NCBI RefSeq assembly: GCF_003704095.1
Contig: NW_020847187.1
Span: forward strand, 310,001-374,000
Source of the DNA: Pocillopora damicornis
Lineage: Eukaryota
Direction of reading: 5' to 3'
DNA: 64,000 nucleotides
Made by a program: the position numbers and the translations under genes. This document shows, piece after piece, positions 1-13,800 of the stretch (position 1 is its first letter; each line of letters opens with the position of its first letter). The notes under the pieces are model-generated. The model did not search any database, was not told the origin of the DNA, and saw nothing but the letters and a program-made list of their open reading frames with translations.

Positions 1-2564
1 AATATGACATGATTAGTAGGAATGTATGCAGATGTAAAGCTTTGTGAGAGTTTCCGAAAAGTCAGATCACTGTTTCACTTAGACAGGAAACTTTTAAAAT
101 CTATGAAGCCTAACAATAGGTAAATAGAATTTAAAAGATAACCTATCTTTTTCATTGTTTTGTTCAGTTTTTGCATTATGTATTCTGAGGCTGATCACTA
201 TGGCTACACACCAATAAAACAGTAAAGACTCTGAATTTCTTCAATTTCTTCAATTGCAATACATTTGACCCTTACACTTTCAGGGTAAAATTGACCTCAA
301 TATCAATATTGTCACTTTTTTCAAATTTTCAACAAAAAGTTGAACTTTTCCTGCTAAGAGTCTGAGTACTTTAAGCACAAGACAGGTGCACTACACAAGC
401 TACTAAAGGCTTGTTTCAACCCAAACAGTGATTGTTTTGATGAGGAGATTACAGCATAAGATTAGGAGCTGCTTTCAAGCATACTCCTTGGTCCTGGTAT
501 TAATTTATTGCTTCCTATGTAAATCAAGAAAAGATGATTCTACAGCAATTTACCATGTCATAACAAAGAAACCCTCACAACCGATGAAATTGTAACTTTA
601 CCGCAAAATTAATTCCTTGGTGTATAATATACACAGAAGCTGTAAGAAAGGGCAATTTACATGATGAAATATTTAAATCACGACAGAATGCTTGTATGCT
701 CGTGAGCGACTGATTAAATTTCTTTTAGAAACGGAAAAAAACGTCTTTCGTGAGATGAAACAAACAGACTTGCCTTCTAGTATAAGGCATGCGCATAAAT
801 GCTATTCTGAAAAAGGATGTTAATAAAATAGTGAACTTCATATCGTAATCTTTGTCTTTTGTGCGCTACTTGTTATTTAGCAATCTGAAAAAAAACAAAA
901 TCCTTGACTCCAAAATGTTTACACTCCAACAGGGAACTAAAGCTTATTTCTATCCTGCATATCTTTACGAAAAGTTGCCTCGTTTCTTTCGCACGTTTCC
1001 CTTAAGACCTCGTCTTTATTTTGGTGCGTAGGCGATCTCTGTATTCAAAGCCTAGTTAGCTTATATTTAACATGTTTCAACCATTATATGTAAATATCGT
1101 TCTGTAAGCAAACCGCTACCAAATAATTCGAGTTTGATAAAAATTCTCGCATGGAGCTTCCGAATGGCGAGACTACAAGTATCAAGGCATTAATAGAAAT
1201 ATACAAAACTAAACAGCGGTTTGTTCGCCATAAAAGCACTTGCCGAAGCAATAAACAATCTTGTGTCGGTACAAATCGATCGATCTAAAATAAGCGGCTA
1301 GCCAGAGCCCGGAAATATTCAGTTAACAGGTTGTTTCGTCAGATCAGCTTTTAAAAGAAAAACGAACATCGCTTTTATCCAAAATCTCAAGCTTGACATT
1401 CTGATAAAACACGACCCGAACTGAACAACCTTCTTCTGAACGATATCTGGTAAAGCTGGGTATAGCTTTACAAAAATAAAAATCAAACCAGCAATCATTG
1501 CTACTTTAATCCGGGCCCAAAATGCTGTAAACTTCAGATCACGGAGAAAGAGATAAATTGAACAGAAGCGTGCTAGGCTCGTGGACGCCCAAACATCAAC
1601 TGGATCTGTGACCATGTCAATATCAGAGAATGCTCGCTACTCGAAAAGTCATGAAGCACAATTAAGATAAATAAGTATCCTTTTCAGCGCGTTTTTACAT
1701 GTTAGAATTAAAGTAAACGTAACTTCAAAAATAAATCGGCCTTAAATGTTCGATCACGGTATAGCGTATATGAAAAAAAAAAAAAGGAAAGAAAGACTCC
1801 TGTTCGATGTTGCAATTTGCCAAATATTAAAACTCAACCAAGCGTGATTCGATCGACATTGTGTATCTTAAGCTCTCGCCGAATGCGGTTTGTTGTCGAT
1901 TTGAAGTGTACAATAAAAACAACAAAGAAAAGATCACAGGAAATGCACAAGAAGTTCATGAAAAGAAGCGCAATCGAGGCTGAGGAAAATTCATGCAATC
2001 AAACGGGTATTATGTGTGCTTGAGCCGAACGACGAAATTAAATTCACGATCGGCCACTTTAACCGAAGGTGTCACTTTTCAAGAACCAAAGAACTACCGA
2101 TAGCCTACACGCACAAACGGTCTATAATTCAAAGCCGACCATCTGAGATCTAACATCCAGCGAACCTCCAGCAACAACGATCGAAAGGAAGATAGATCGT
2201 ATTGCTGACTGAGACAATCACCCCTTCTGTGAGGCGTAATTTTCTTCATATTAGTGTCAGAAGTTCAGGCGCACATTGAAAATTCGTTTTTTCCAGCTAT
2301 CTTGCGTTGGCGTTCCGCGATGGTTTTCAATGACCGCAAATATTGACAACAGGCGGCGGAAAAAAAGTAGCAATCGTCTACAGCCGCACGTATTTTGCGA
2401 TAAAAGGGTTACCAATAACTTTTCGATGACTTTAAAGATCAGTAAAGCTACGAGCGCGCACAATAATCGACACGCTTACTGACAGAGAAATATTCTAAGC
2501 CATCGATCGAGTCCCCGCATATAATAAGGAAACATAAGCACAACAGAATAGAAATCGTCCTTGC

Positions 2565-2842
2565 CTGGAACTTTTGTTGTGTCTCTTAGGTGGCTGAGAG
2601 GCATCGGTGACCGTTTTGTAGCCTTGTGGCTCAGCTGAAATTCCTTGGCGTTGATTTCTAGTACGAGTTGCTACGGCCGGTTGCAGAACCGAACGATATT
2701 TGTCTAACTCGCTCTCGAGTCGACGGATCAACTCATTTCTCCTTTTCAATTCCTGCTCCAAGGCCAAGATGCGGCTGTCCTTCATTTTCATTTCGGTGTT
2801 CTTCTCTTGGAGGGCCTGCTGCAGCTCTCGCAGACTGCCCAT
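2565..2842 (-). CDS. PRKG1: cGMP-dependent protein kinase I, beta-like alternative first coding exon (leucine zipper + pseudosubstrate); rest of gene lies off the left edge
   Basis: ATG at 2842 in context AAAATGG. Peptide MGSLRELQQALQEK...LESELDKYRSVLQP...RQGISAEP...HNKSSR closely resembles the PKG-Ibeta N-terminus (MGTLRDLQYALQEK...LQNELDKYRSVIRP...RQAISAEP). Similarity ends at a phase-2 AG|GCAAGG site, a putative GC donor at 2564. Confidence 0.88.
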
Positions 2843-5800
2843 TTTCGCTGTGGTTGCCGCAGTACCCCGCCGAAAACACAAACACCCTGCCTTCTTTTTA
2901 CTCTCAGCTCGACCGCAATGCATCACTCCGCGCGCTTTATCTAATCGCCAATGGAATACTGGGAATTCATTCACCGATATCCTGAGGGTAGTTGAAAAGA
3001 GACACTCGCAAAATTTGTGAAATGAAATTAAAGTTCACCGGGTAAAGCGCGAATCTAACGAAGAAATCGCAACGCCACCTCTTCCTCCTTATAAATGCGC
3101 ACTTCGGTTCCGTAAATCATGCGTAAGAGCTTTATCAGGGACGTGGTTATAAAGTAATTTGTATGTTAATAGATGATTGACGTTTGGAACGGATGTTCTG
3201 GCCTAATCATCGAGGCAAACCTGCGCACGTTGACTGTTTTGAGCCGAAGCTGCCACTCAGGACAAAACTGACTGAAATGTTAAAGTCTTAATGTGCCAAT
3301 AAAAGAAAGATAAAACTGATTGCTCCAAGTAAATTTCAACTGCATTTATTGTTTGTTTACACTAAGCAGTGCGGACGGGTTCGAGGCGGAGTGATCGCTT
3401 TAGTCCAGTCAGCTTCCACTCACTTCATAAACCGAAATTAGACAACATAACCGTCAAATACCATTTACAGCGCTTATCTCATTTACACTTAACTTGAAGA
3501 ATATTTTAATCCAGACAAATTTTGTGCGTTTTGAGGACTTGACCTTTAATCACACTCTGAACTAAAATCCCACGAAGATATTCTGCTGGTGACAGGTCTC
3601 ACAAACTTTGCGACGCCAGTAGATATGAAGGATATCAAGCAGCGGGCACTATTTTCAGACATCACGGAAAAAAAATCATAAAGAACAATAACAAAGAAAA
3701 GGTAGGTAGAGAGCTGTCAGTTCAAACCAGCGGCGCCTTGTTTACCGCGCCGAGCACCAACAAAGGATAAAACAATAGTTTTATTGAAGAATAATCTCTT
3801 TAGTCCTTTTCTCTGTGCTTACGTACGATTTGGCCCCTTTTTTTTTTTACCTTTTTCGCAGTCTACCTTACAAAACTTAAAAGCAACCGGATGTAAACCT
3901 ATCACTCTTCAAGTCACTTGCCCCGTAGAAAAAAGGTCATCAAGAGGTGATTCTTTTACTTAAATTATGATCGAATTGTCTTTCTTTTTGTTCATAAAAC
4001 ACACTCATTGGAGTGTTTTCGACACAAAATCTTAAAGCATTAAGACTGTTTACATTTCCTGTTGGAGTCCCTTTATTTTATTGGTTAAATTTGCATATCA
4101 GGACCACAAAAGGGTAGAAAAGTGACAGTGCTAGGCTACAAAGAGTTGAAATTACCGCATCATAAGTGGAAGTTGTAACTGCTAATTAACATTCTATTAA
4201 ATGAATACGACTTTATTCTCGCCAGCAATTTAATTCTTCGTCTGAGATCTGATAACTAAATTTTCCAGAACGACGACGCAATTTTGAGACTGAAATCAAC
4301 TACATAAAATGGTTTGACAGAATTGTCCATAAAAAAACAACAACAACAACAACAACAAAAATATAAATATGGTAAAGATTTTGAACGATGATTCGTTCAA
4401 ATATTCATAGCGTGCCGTTCGGCTCAACTTGAATTGAACTTATCAACAATTTTATCACTAAAGGTATTTTCCAACTTAATAAGATAAAAGCAGTAATGAT
4501 TTGATACCACCTGCCTAACACAGTTTATATGAGTTCGAACCAAGCCGTTTTGTTATTTCTTTCTGGTGACAACTTCAGCGCCGGGTATTCGGCACCGGTA
4601 TTCGTTAAATTGCACAAAAATTCTGTCACATTTGCATTTAGTTGAACGAGGAATGACTGAGGAACAAAGAATTGTCGGCTTTGTTAAAGCATTCACCATC
4701 TTTCGGATATTATAGGTTGGGTTAATGCGGAAAAATGTTAAACACTGCGAGGAGGACAGAGCTGTTGAGTGAATGAACTTTCCGTGTTATACAGCTGTGG
4801 CCAGTCAGAATTGATAACGAACCGTGTGGGGTTCAACATCTACTTTTGATATTAAACAAAAATGTATATTTTTTTCTTTTTTTACAACTTTTTTTAGAGA
4901 GCTAACAAAGATCCTTCTTCGAGGCTTGGAAGTAAATACTCCATCAGAGAAAAATCATCATAAGACGACGGACGACGTGACGGATCATCATAAACAAGGG
5001 GCAAGATGTTTCCCCACCCCTCACCCCTCTAAACCCCTTTTTAAAAAACCCCGATTAGCCATTAGTATTGATGTCGACTATTGATTTTCACTTATGCAGT
5101 CAAAATGCGTGGTATGCCATAAGCCTTAAAATATCTAAATGACAATTGTATTTCTTCTTCATCTGGTATTTATCATCACTTGTTGATAATATAAGTTTGG
5201 TCTGTTTGGGCAATGCCGTGAGTGTGAACGAGTAAGGAGGTGGAATTTGAAGCTGGCATGATTTCATCGAGGGTATATTTGGTACTACAAGCTAATTACT
5301 CCAGCCAGGGAAGGCCGCACAATTCTGGCACTGAAATCTGTTTCTTCACCTTAGAGCATCGGGAAATTGATAAAAAAGCGTAAAATAGGTGGCCCAAAAA
5401 TATTCTGATTGAAAATACATTAATAAAATGAATCGAGCAGAATCTTCTGTCAAAAAGCTATTCAACCTCGCGTTCTGCCTTTTAACGCGCGACATTGGAT
5501 TATCAAAACTGTTCCATTTACATTTACATAAATAAATATTTTGCAGACAATAAACGTAAGCAAGTGCTAGGAAGAGGGAAAAAGTTGACGCGATCTTTTT
5601 ACCCCTGAGGCGTACACTAGATTTATCCTTTATCATCCAGTCTTTTTTTTTTAACATAAAAAAAGAGTAACTAAGTACCTACACGTAAATATCAAATTAT
5701 CATTGAAAAAGCCCCCAGATAGAAAAGACAAAAAGTTAAAATCTTTCTTCACCCAAACAGTACTGTAAATTATTGGCGATAATCTTTGGCTTGAGAAGAT

Positions 5801-8441
5801 TGCGCGCGTAGGAAACAGGAACGTGTAAAGACAATCGCGGAAGGTCGCGTGTCTCATTCCTCGCTTCCAGTAGTAAAAACAGCGCTACCTGCACCTGCCT
5901 AAGGCTAAAAATATCCATTCACGTACAACACAAATTCGCCAAGATGCAGAAAGAAGGAAAAATTTGTTCTTAAAACCACCAGAACGTTGTGGTAACGCCT
6001 CTGCCTATTGTTAAGGTATGTTATCCACACGTTTCAAGCAAGTTTTCGGGTGAAAATGTTGACTTGGTATAATTTTTTCTTCCTTCCTGTAAATACCTGG
6101 TGTAAAGTGGGCTTTAGGTGACAATAATCCTGCCACAAGTATTTAAGCTGTATATTCCGAGCTACCTCGTTTTAAATCGAGGGATTATGAAATTGGTAAA
6201 ACAATATCAAATCAATCAAATAGCACTTCTCCTTACACGCACTTACAACATAATTCCTTCCGAAAACATTGGAACACTGATAATTTTCCATTAGACGAAA
6301 AAGTCAAAATACGTTCTATTGTCAAGTATAGGAGATAAACTTAATGATAACACCATTCATGAAAATATTTAAAATTTCCGTGCTTAATATTTTGAGCAGG
6401 GAATTTTAAGATGTTAACTTATCCAACAAATATGAAATGCCTCCATCCACGAACGTGCCTTGGTCATTGTGGACAAGATCACCTGTATACTTGCGTAACC
6501 AAGGTCCTTTACAGGAAATCACCGTTAACCAGGGTTACTCGTTAGAAAAACCCATTTTTACCTCACTCACAAATTTCCCCCCAAAAAAGTGGGTAATTAA
6601 ACCACAGAAAGGCATATGAGGATATGTTAGAGATCCGTTCAAAATGTTCTAGCGATCGCAATATTCCGACCCTTGGTCTTTTAAATAGGACTTTGCCTAA
6701 GTGTTCATGAAAGTTCAAGACATGGATGATATTTCTCATGAAAACAGCCTTTATTACGCGGAGTAATACGAGCATCGCTTGTCATCTCCTAAATTATTGC
6801 CTTTGAGCTATTTGAGGGTGGATCGGTGGAGTGGAGAGCTGAGTTGGAGTGTAGCACGTACGAGAGAACATTAACCAAACGCCTACGTGCACGAACTTGA
6901 CCTTCTCAGAGTCAATGCACGATTTATAACTTAGCATCATTTGTATTCCAGCTTTTAACTACCATTAACAATACCTACCGGCAGTTCCACTCGGATTACA
7001 CTCTGTCGGTAGACCATCAGCAAATCTTGAGGCGAAGTTTAAAATATTGATAATGGTCAAATTTGAGAATTTGCATATTTCTGTAATATCTTATCAAACT
7101 TTCGCCCAGAAGGCAGCATTTTGGGGTTTTCAGAACACTCATAAACAAGGTTGTGATTCTTCACTGATAAATTTGTTTTCTGTAGGCATCATGGAAAAAT
7201 TCTGCTTCTTCGAAAATTCTTCTTCTTTCAGGATTTTAATATTTGCCAGAATAGCCAAAAGGGTTACATGTGATAGAATAACCGCAGAGTTACTATGAAT
7301 AAGACGTGACTGAGTGCAAGAAGGGGACTTCATTCGGCCTAAACGCTACAGTTCATCAGTGTGCATGTAGGTCAAGATTATCTAATTGGAAATGTGATTG
7401 GAAGTTCATGCAGTATGCAGTTAATAGCCCAGTATCCTTTTCCTCTTTCTCTCGTTGATGGACGCCCCTTTGGAAAACTTTCTGATAACAGCGTTTAGAA
7501 GACAATTATTTCTTGTACCTATAAAACTTGAGGTGAGGTTACAATGTCCTTTACATATGGTGATCATGAAAAATCCTCCCTTTATTCCATCCGGCTCAAA
7601 GGAATTTTTGTCTTCTTTTTCTTTATTGCGTTCACACTTTCTGATTTTCAAATGAGCCTGCTAAAAATTAATCGAGGGAATTTCAAGGGAAGCGTCCTGT
7701 TTTGTATGACTGTTTTTTTTGTTTGTTTGTTTGTTTGTTTAGTTATGCCTTCTTTTTCATTTTACGTGAGACACTTGCTTCCACGTCGTCGAGGTAAAGT
7801 AGGGTAAAGTATAAAACATATAACATATTTTTATGTAGCTAGAGGAAACCCACAGGGCGAACCAGTCAACATGGCTGGTTTTAATGATGCGAACGAAGCG
7901 TTAAGTTGATTCAACTCTTTCAAGTCTATCATTGCTATTATTACCATTGTATTTTTTTTTCAAAATTATATGAGAAATTAATAAAAGTTGCTTTTTGTTT
8001 CGAATATGCGGTATTCCTTTGCAATCACGATGTAGTCCCTTCTTTTGTTACCAGACTCCACTCGAAATTGTTTACGCGCCAGTAACTAACTGTCTCGTTA
8101 CTGTCCAACTAAAACAAATCAACGCAAACCGCTGGGCTGAAAGAGTGACTTGTTCAATACAAACAAGACCAATGATACTTTTTTCTCTTTTTACTCATTT
8201 AGCGTAGATTATAGTAACGATGCTCAAATAGTGGCAGGAATACCATAATTTGACGCCTGTCCCTAATTAAACACAAAAAACCTGATTTCAAGGCCCTGCA
8301 AAGCCCTCTAAGGGCTTGGTTTTAACAATTTCAGCGAGCTCCTGGGAACGGTTAATACGCCTCCCTTGATATACATTCGCACGTATTACAAAAAAAAGGA
8401 GGGGTAAAGAAAGTAATAACATCATATTCCGTCTTACATAC

Positions 8442-8877
8442 CTTGGCTTTTTGGGGCAGTGTTTAAGCTGCTTTTGACTGTTGTTGTTCAGGTTCTTTGG
8501 TTCAGCGGATACTCCCTGCGCGCGCGCGCGAGGTAGAGACGGAGGCGGCATAACGGACATGAGCTTTTCAACTTTGCTGTCCAGTCTCTCAATCTCGCTC
8601 TGGTGCTCTCGTATTGTCATCTCTTTAGACATGACGTCCATACGCAATATTCTAATTTCCTTGTGTAAAATTTCGACTTCCTGTTTCTCCATGTCCTCTC
8701 GTTCATTGATCAAGTTTTCGTACTCCTTGATGACATCATCTTTCCTTCTAAGTTCGTTCCGTAAGAACTCGATCTCCTTCTTTTGTATCTCGAGCTGTTT
8801 GTTCCGCTCCCTCAGCGCACTTTCTAACAGCTTGAAGGAACTTTTCAGCCATTCCAGGTTCAAGGCTGCTGCTCGTC
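8442..8877 (-). CDS. PRKG1: PKG alternative N-terminal exon (alpha-like, long coiled coil + RAQGVSAEP pseudosubstrate)
   Basis: Acceptor aacaacag|GA at 8878/8877. Heptad-rich E/K/R/L/I coiled coil followed by KLMSVMPPPSLPRARAQGVSAEP (cf. PKG-Ialpha KCQSVLPVP...RTTRAQGISAEP). Phase-2 donor AG|GTATGT at 8441, the same phase as the 2565 exon. Confidence 0.82.
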
Positions 8878-9872
8878 CTGTTGTTTTAGGTTTGGTTCAG
8901 TGAAAAATGAAACAAAATAAACAAAATATACAAAATATGAAAAATGGTTGAAACAGATAAATAAATGAAAGAATATAAAGTGAGCTAAACTAAGGTAAAT
9001 AACTCAGCGTCTAAATATAGAAGAGATGTTTTATTCATTTCTCCACACAGTACCCGTAGCTTGATTAGAGTTATTTTTATAGATCAAGGTGCTTAATGTT
9101 TTTTCACTAGTGACGTAAATTTGCCTACCTCTCAAAAAATGCTTGGGAAAAGAAAAGCTTGTATCTATATAAAATGACCTTTTGAAAGGCCAGTAGAGAA
9201 ATATACGGTCACCAGTCAGGAGAATTTACTATCAGATCTTATATATCAGATATAGTCGAGTATCCTGATCGTGCCCATGCCCCTCTCGCTCCTCATATGT
9301 TTCTAGTTCTTATCGATGCCCGAAACCACACGGCCTAAGGCCTTGTTACGGGCGTTTTCAATAATCGTTCCAAAAAATTAATATGCCTTGAACATCAAAT
9401 CTGATAATTAGGACTCCATGAATCACTAATTTTCTTACCAAACTTTCCGCACATTTGTTCTTTCTTTATAAGAGCGTCAACATGCATTTTGCTGTACGGA
9501 ATCAAGATTCTACCCATTTTTCAATGACGTTTCATGACAACAGCCACTCATCCATTCGTTATCATCTTAAATGTATTGATGGCTTTTTCGGTGAAAAATT
9601 CAAATTACATGTAATTAATTTTCGCAGGTGTAACTTTAAAAATATATATCTCACTATAATTTTTTGGGCGAACCTTCACTTGTTTCATGATAAATGAAAA
9701 ACTTATTTTCGCGTCAGTTCATAAGGTTTCCATGCAAATGGTAAATCTCATTTTGCTTTATTACTTTTAGTGCACAATATCACCTCACCACAAGAACCAA
9801 TATCACTGGCATGACGCTACATTTGTGCGTCGACATGATCTGGTCTGTTCAGTTTGCTAACGATATACTTAC

Positions 9873-10029
9873 GTTCTCCTTCTCTGTCTCTCTCCTGCTT
9901 GGGATTATTCATTGGCGGTGTCTTAGGCCGAGGCGTGTTGTTGTTTGAGTCGCTCCTGAAGAAAGGGGAATTATTTCTAGAATTCCTTGCAACCAGCTTG
10001 AACGCTGGCGAACCAATGTGATCCTGCAT
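9873..10029 (-). CDS. PRKG1: Probable first coding exon of the alpha-like PKG isoform
   Basis: ATG at 10029, preceded by an in-frame TAG and an acceptor ttatttcag| at 10042. Encodes MQDHIGSPAF...QERDREGE and ends in the consensus donor C|GTAAGT at 9872 (phase 1). C+GA gives CGA, joining in frame to the 8877 exon. Confidence 0.68.
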
Positions 10030-10633
10030 CTATGATTCGGTCTGAAATAACAAATGAGTGAGTAAGTACGACAGCGTCATTCGGCGGAACTAAATTAACT
10101 CACCTGGTGGTCGCTTCACAATTCAACCAATAGGACTGTGGACTTTTTCATTTCCTTTAATCAGAGGTTTAACAGAGTATGACAGTTAACATCTTAAACG
10201 TACTGAGAACGCATTATTGGTAGCCTGGTTGTCGAAACGGTAATGATGTGGAAAATGTTTCCCGCATTTGATTGATATTTCTGTCGTGAACTAGGGTCAC
10301 AGGTGCGTTTATAACGAAACTCATCGCTTCGATTGTTATGATGAAACAAGCACACCTCTTTCATCTGCTGCTTTTCTTTTCAAATTAAAAATTTCAGACG
10401 GTGAACGAGACAGTTCATTGAAAAGATGACTATTGGAAGTAATGCGTTTAAAACTTGATAGGCACTAGACGGTCGTGTGACGATTTGCACGACTCAACTT
10501 GCTTCCAATATAACACCTCCCTCAGACCGCCATTAAAACAGATACACACATACACACACGAGTGGACGGATAGATGAACAACAAATCAATAGGAATAAAG
10601 ACATAAAGTAATTCAGTAATCGATATACAGCTA

Positions 10634-10870
10634 CAGTCGAGCCTCTAGTAAACGACCTTCCAAAATATCGACTTTTGGTGGTCGCTTACGGGAGGTTAAA
10701 AGCAATTGATAATCATCTCTGAAAGTGGTCGCTTTTGAGAGGTAGTCGCTTTCGACGGGTTCCAGCGATAGCGATTTGGCTTGAAAACTTTTGGTATTTT
10801 TGAAAAGTGGTCGCTTATGATAGGTGGTAGCTTTTAATACGAGAGGGGGTGGCAAGGGGAGGTTCGACTG
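10634..10870. mobile_element. MITE, Tc1/mariner(pogo)-type
   Basis: TIRs CAGTCGAGCCTC ... GAGGTTCGACTG flanked by TA on both sides. Internal repeats of gtggtcgctt. Confidence 0.8.
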
Positions 10871-13800
10871 TAGTAGTAAAAACTAAAATGAATCAGTTTT
10901 GATCTATGAATAGGATAAGAAAGTGACAAAGTGATCTTTGAAGGTTACGCGGAGTGCCATTGTGCCTGACAATTACGCTTAAGGCTCGCGATGTTTGTCA
11001 AATACATTGACCATTGAGGGACAACGGTTTGCATGAGTAAATTAATGCTTCATTTCCGGACTTCTATTTATAGAGTTTTGTCAATACCAATTAGCAATAA
11101 ACAAAAAACTTTTAACGTTAATTGAAAAAGATGTTTTCCTAAAGAGTCCCAAAAGCGAAGTCTCACGAAAAGATTGTAAAGCTGTCGTTGCAGTATTTGG
11201 TATTGAAAACTTTTTCACTTACGGGAACTCCATTCTGGGACATTGTGACAAACTGATATACAGGAGAGGTCTCAGGCGCAAGTGAATGAATGAACCGTAC
11301 TGGGATCAATTATTTAGAACTGAAACGCTCTTTCCAAGAGCAATGGAAAAGAGGAAAATGTTAAAAAAACAACCGTTAGCGTGGAAGCAGGGTAAGGTAT
11401 GTTACCCTCTCATTGAATTCTACAACAGTGTCCCACCAAATCTGGCGCAGAAGCCCAAACTGCTCTCCGAACATTTTGTAACTAAGATCATTTTATAAAT
11501 TAATTATGCCCTAATCCTCTCTTTTAAGCAATCAAACAAAAATACATACATTGGAGACAAGGTAAAAAGTCCTACTTGAAATATCCGTGATTGCAGGGAA
11601 GACAGCGGACAGAGCGTCAGAGGTCCTTGAGAAATGAAAAGTATCGGATGTGCCTTATTGGCGCATGAACTTGAAAAGCGGGTCAAGTACGTTTGATATT
11701 CGCCCGCAAAAAAGGAATAATAAAGTTGTCAGCATTCGTGCCAAGTTAAATCTCTCATGTCACGAACTGACTGCAATTTTTTTTTGACACTGTTTCTCGA
11801 ACTCAAAAGAAAAGAGGAAACGACAAATTCATGAATGTTTCCTCGATATCAGATCTCCTAAATAGACTTATTTAGGGTCTATGCAAAAAGCAAATAAATA
11901 CAAGAATTGGAAATTCTTATCTCAAGACTTGCTACATGTGAGCAACGATTGTATGACATAGCAATAATACCGGGCAATCGCCAGCTTGGGAGCCGGGGTC
12001 GTTCAGATTTTCAATGAAAGGAGTCGATTATTACCCCAATTGTCTTGAAAGGTATTTCTGCTCTTACAAAACAGATTTCAAAGTTGACAGTGTTATTTTG
12101 TGTACCATGACTGTCACGGTTTGCGCATCTCACAATAATGTAGCTCAAACTTTGCAAGGTCGTCGTCGTCCGATACTGACCCGTTTTTTTTTCCTCGATC
12201 CTTCACCATCTATGTTCTATTTTGGTTCCATAATTCCATTTTGCATTTTGTCTTTTTCAGTTTCCTGGAAAAAAATTTCGTAGCCTCCGTCAAGTTGTCA
12301 GGCGACTTCCGCAGCGGTAATATGGCTCAAGATGTGGTGAGTGCTTTTAGCAGCCACTTTTATTAAGTTCAATTACGTTGTATCTGTCGAGAACCCGCCT
12401 AAGTATTTGTAGAACTGACAAAGTGCTTTTAGAATAACAAATGTGGTGCTTGAAAGCCCACCTGGTGACCTCATTTATTCCTCCCATGTCAACTCGATTT
12501 GCACGTGATATTCATAGAGGCGCCTTCTAAGAACTATGAAAAGACTAACCAACAAAACGAGGAAGTAACGATGTTCTAGTACCATGACTTTAAGCCTTAG
12601 AGGCCCTTCTTGACAGATTTTTCTCAAAAGACTTACGAGAGGTATGTAAATTAATCCTGGTTTGCAACGTAACCTACGCACTGTGGTTGTAAATCGATGC
12701 CGTAGCATTTTGCGAAAATAACATTCTACACACGCGTGATCACGACAGATGCATTCTCACAAAATTCTTTCTGAGTTAATTTAATTATCTTCCTTAGCCT
12801 TCAGTTAAACCTATTACGGAAGTATGTCTCGTTAACATGACATCTTTGCATAACGCCATTACTCCAGATGATTGAGTTTCGTGTTGACCCCCTGATCGCT
12901 AATCATAAAATCATGCAAAATCTTTTCATGCATTTGGAAGAAACATAGCATGGTGCGGGGTCCACTTTTTGAATATCTTGTCTTCTTTCTTGTAAGGAAA
13001 ATGATACCAGAGAGCGATGAAGTATCGTTGTGTAGAAAAGCATGAGAGGCTGATGAAAGCTAACATGTTTACAAAATTTTTGATGAGATTTTGACATTTA
13101 AAACTGATGAAAAGCTTGCATGGGCGTAGATTACACTTAGAAGGTAAATGCCTTTCCATAGACTTCTGGAAGGAACTCTTAATTTTACCCACTAAAGCAA
13201 CAATGAGGAAAGTACAAATCATCCGCGACCGGAGAAAAAACATGAATCAGTAGTTGCACTTTGCAATCGTTTCTGTTTCTTTTAAACCAAAACATAAAAC
13301 AAAAACAACTTAATAAAGGTATACATATGATGCATTTGACAAAAAATATTTTGGAGGCTCCGATCATTGGACTTTGATGAAATCGTTTCAAGCAAATAGG
13401 TTGCAATCGATTTGACACCAAATTGTTGCGTTGACTTACTCTCGCTAAGGGAGGATCCATATGGATCATCTGTGGAACTTGGATATTCCAACCAAGGGTC
13501 AGTATTTATGGAGAGCCTTAGTTTTTACGAATGTGACGCACTAATTTTCCGAAGACGTCCGAGTCCAACAGAAGGCGTCTGATTGAGATATTAGGTCGGA
13601 CCAAAGAGGTCAATGGGTGAAGTAGTAAAGATAACTACTGCTGACTGGATTAAAAGTATCTAAGTGGATTAACGGCGGAAAGAGAAGGTAGTTTATTAAC
13701 GGGCCTTATGTGGTAACAAGGTAACACATTAAAGAGATTTATGCGTTGTATGGAGATCACTGGATCGTACCAATTGGCTCGAGTTTTTCTTATCTATGAA

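Noticed and set aside
1-2500. Shared PKG exon 2 (cyclic nucleotide-binding domain)
   Set aside because: No minus-strand segment resembling SKxLIKxAILDNDF was found. It presumably lies beyond the window start.
8481-8903. 140-aa plus-strand ORF (and the similar ORFs at 2668-3020)
   Set aside because: Antisense shadows of the PKG coiled-coil exons.
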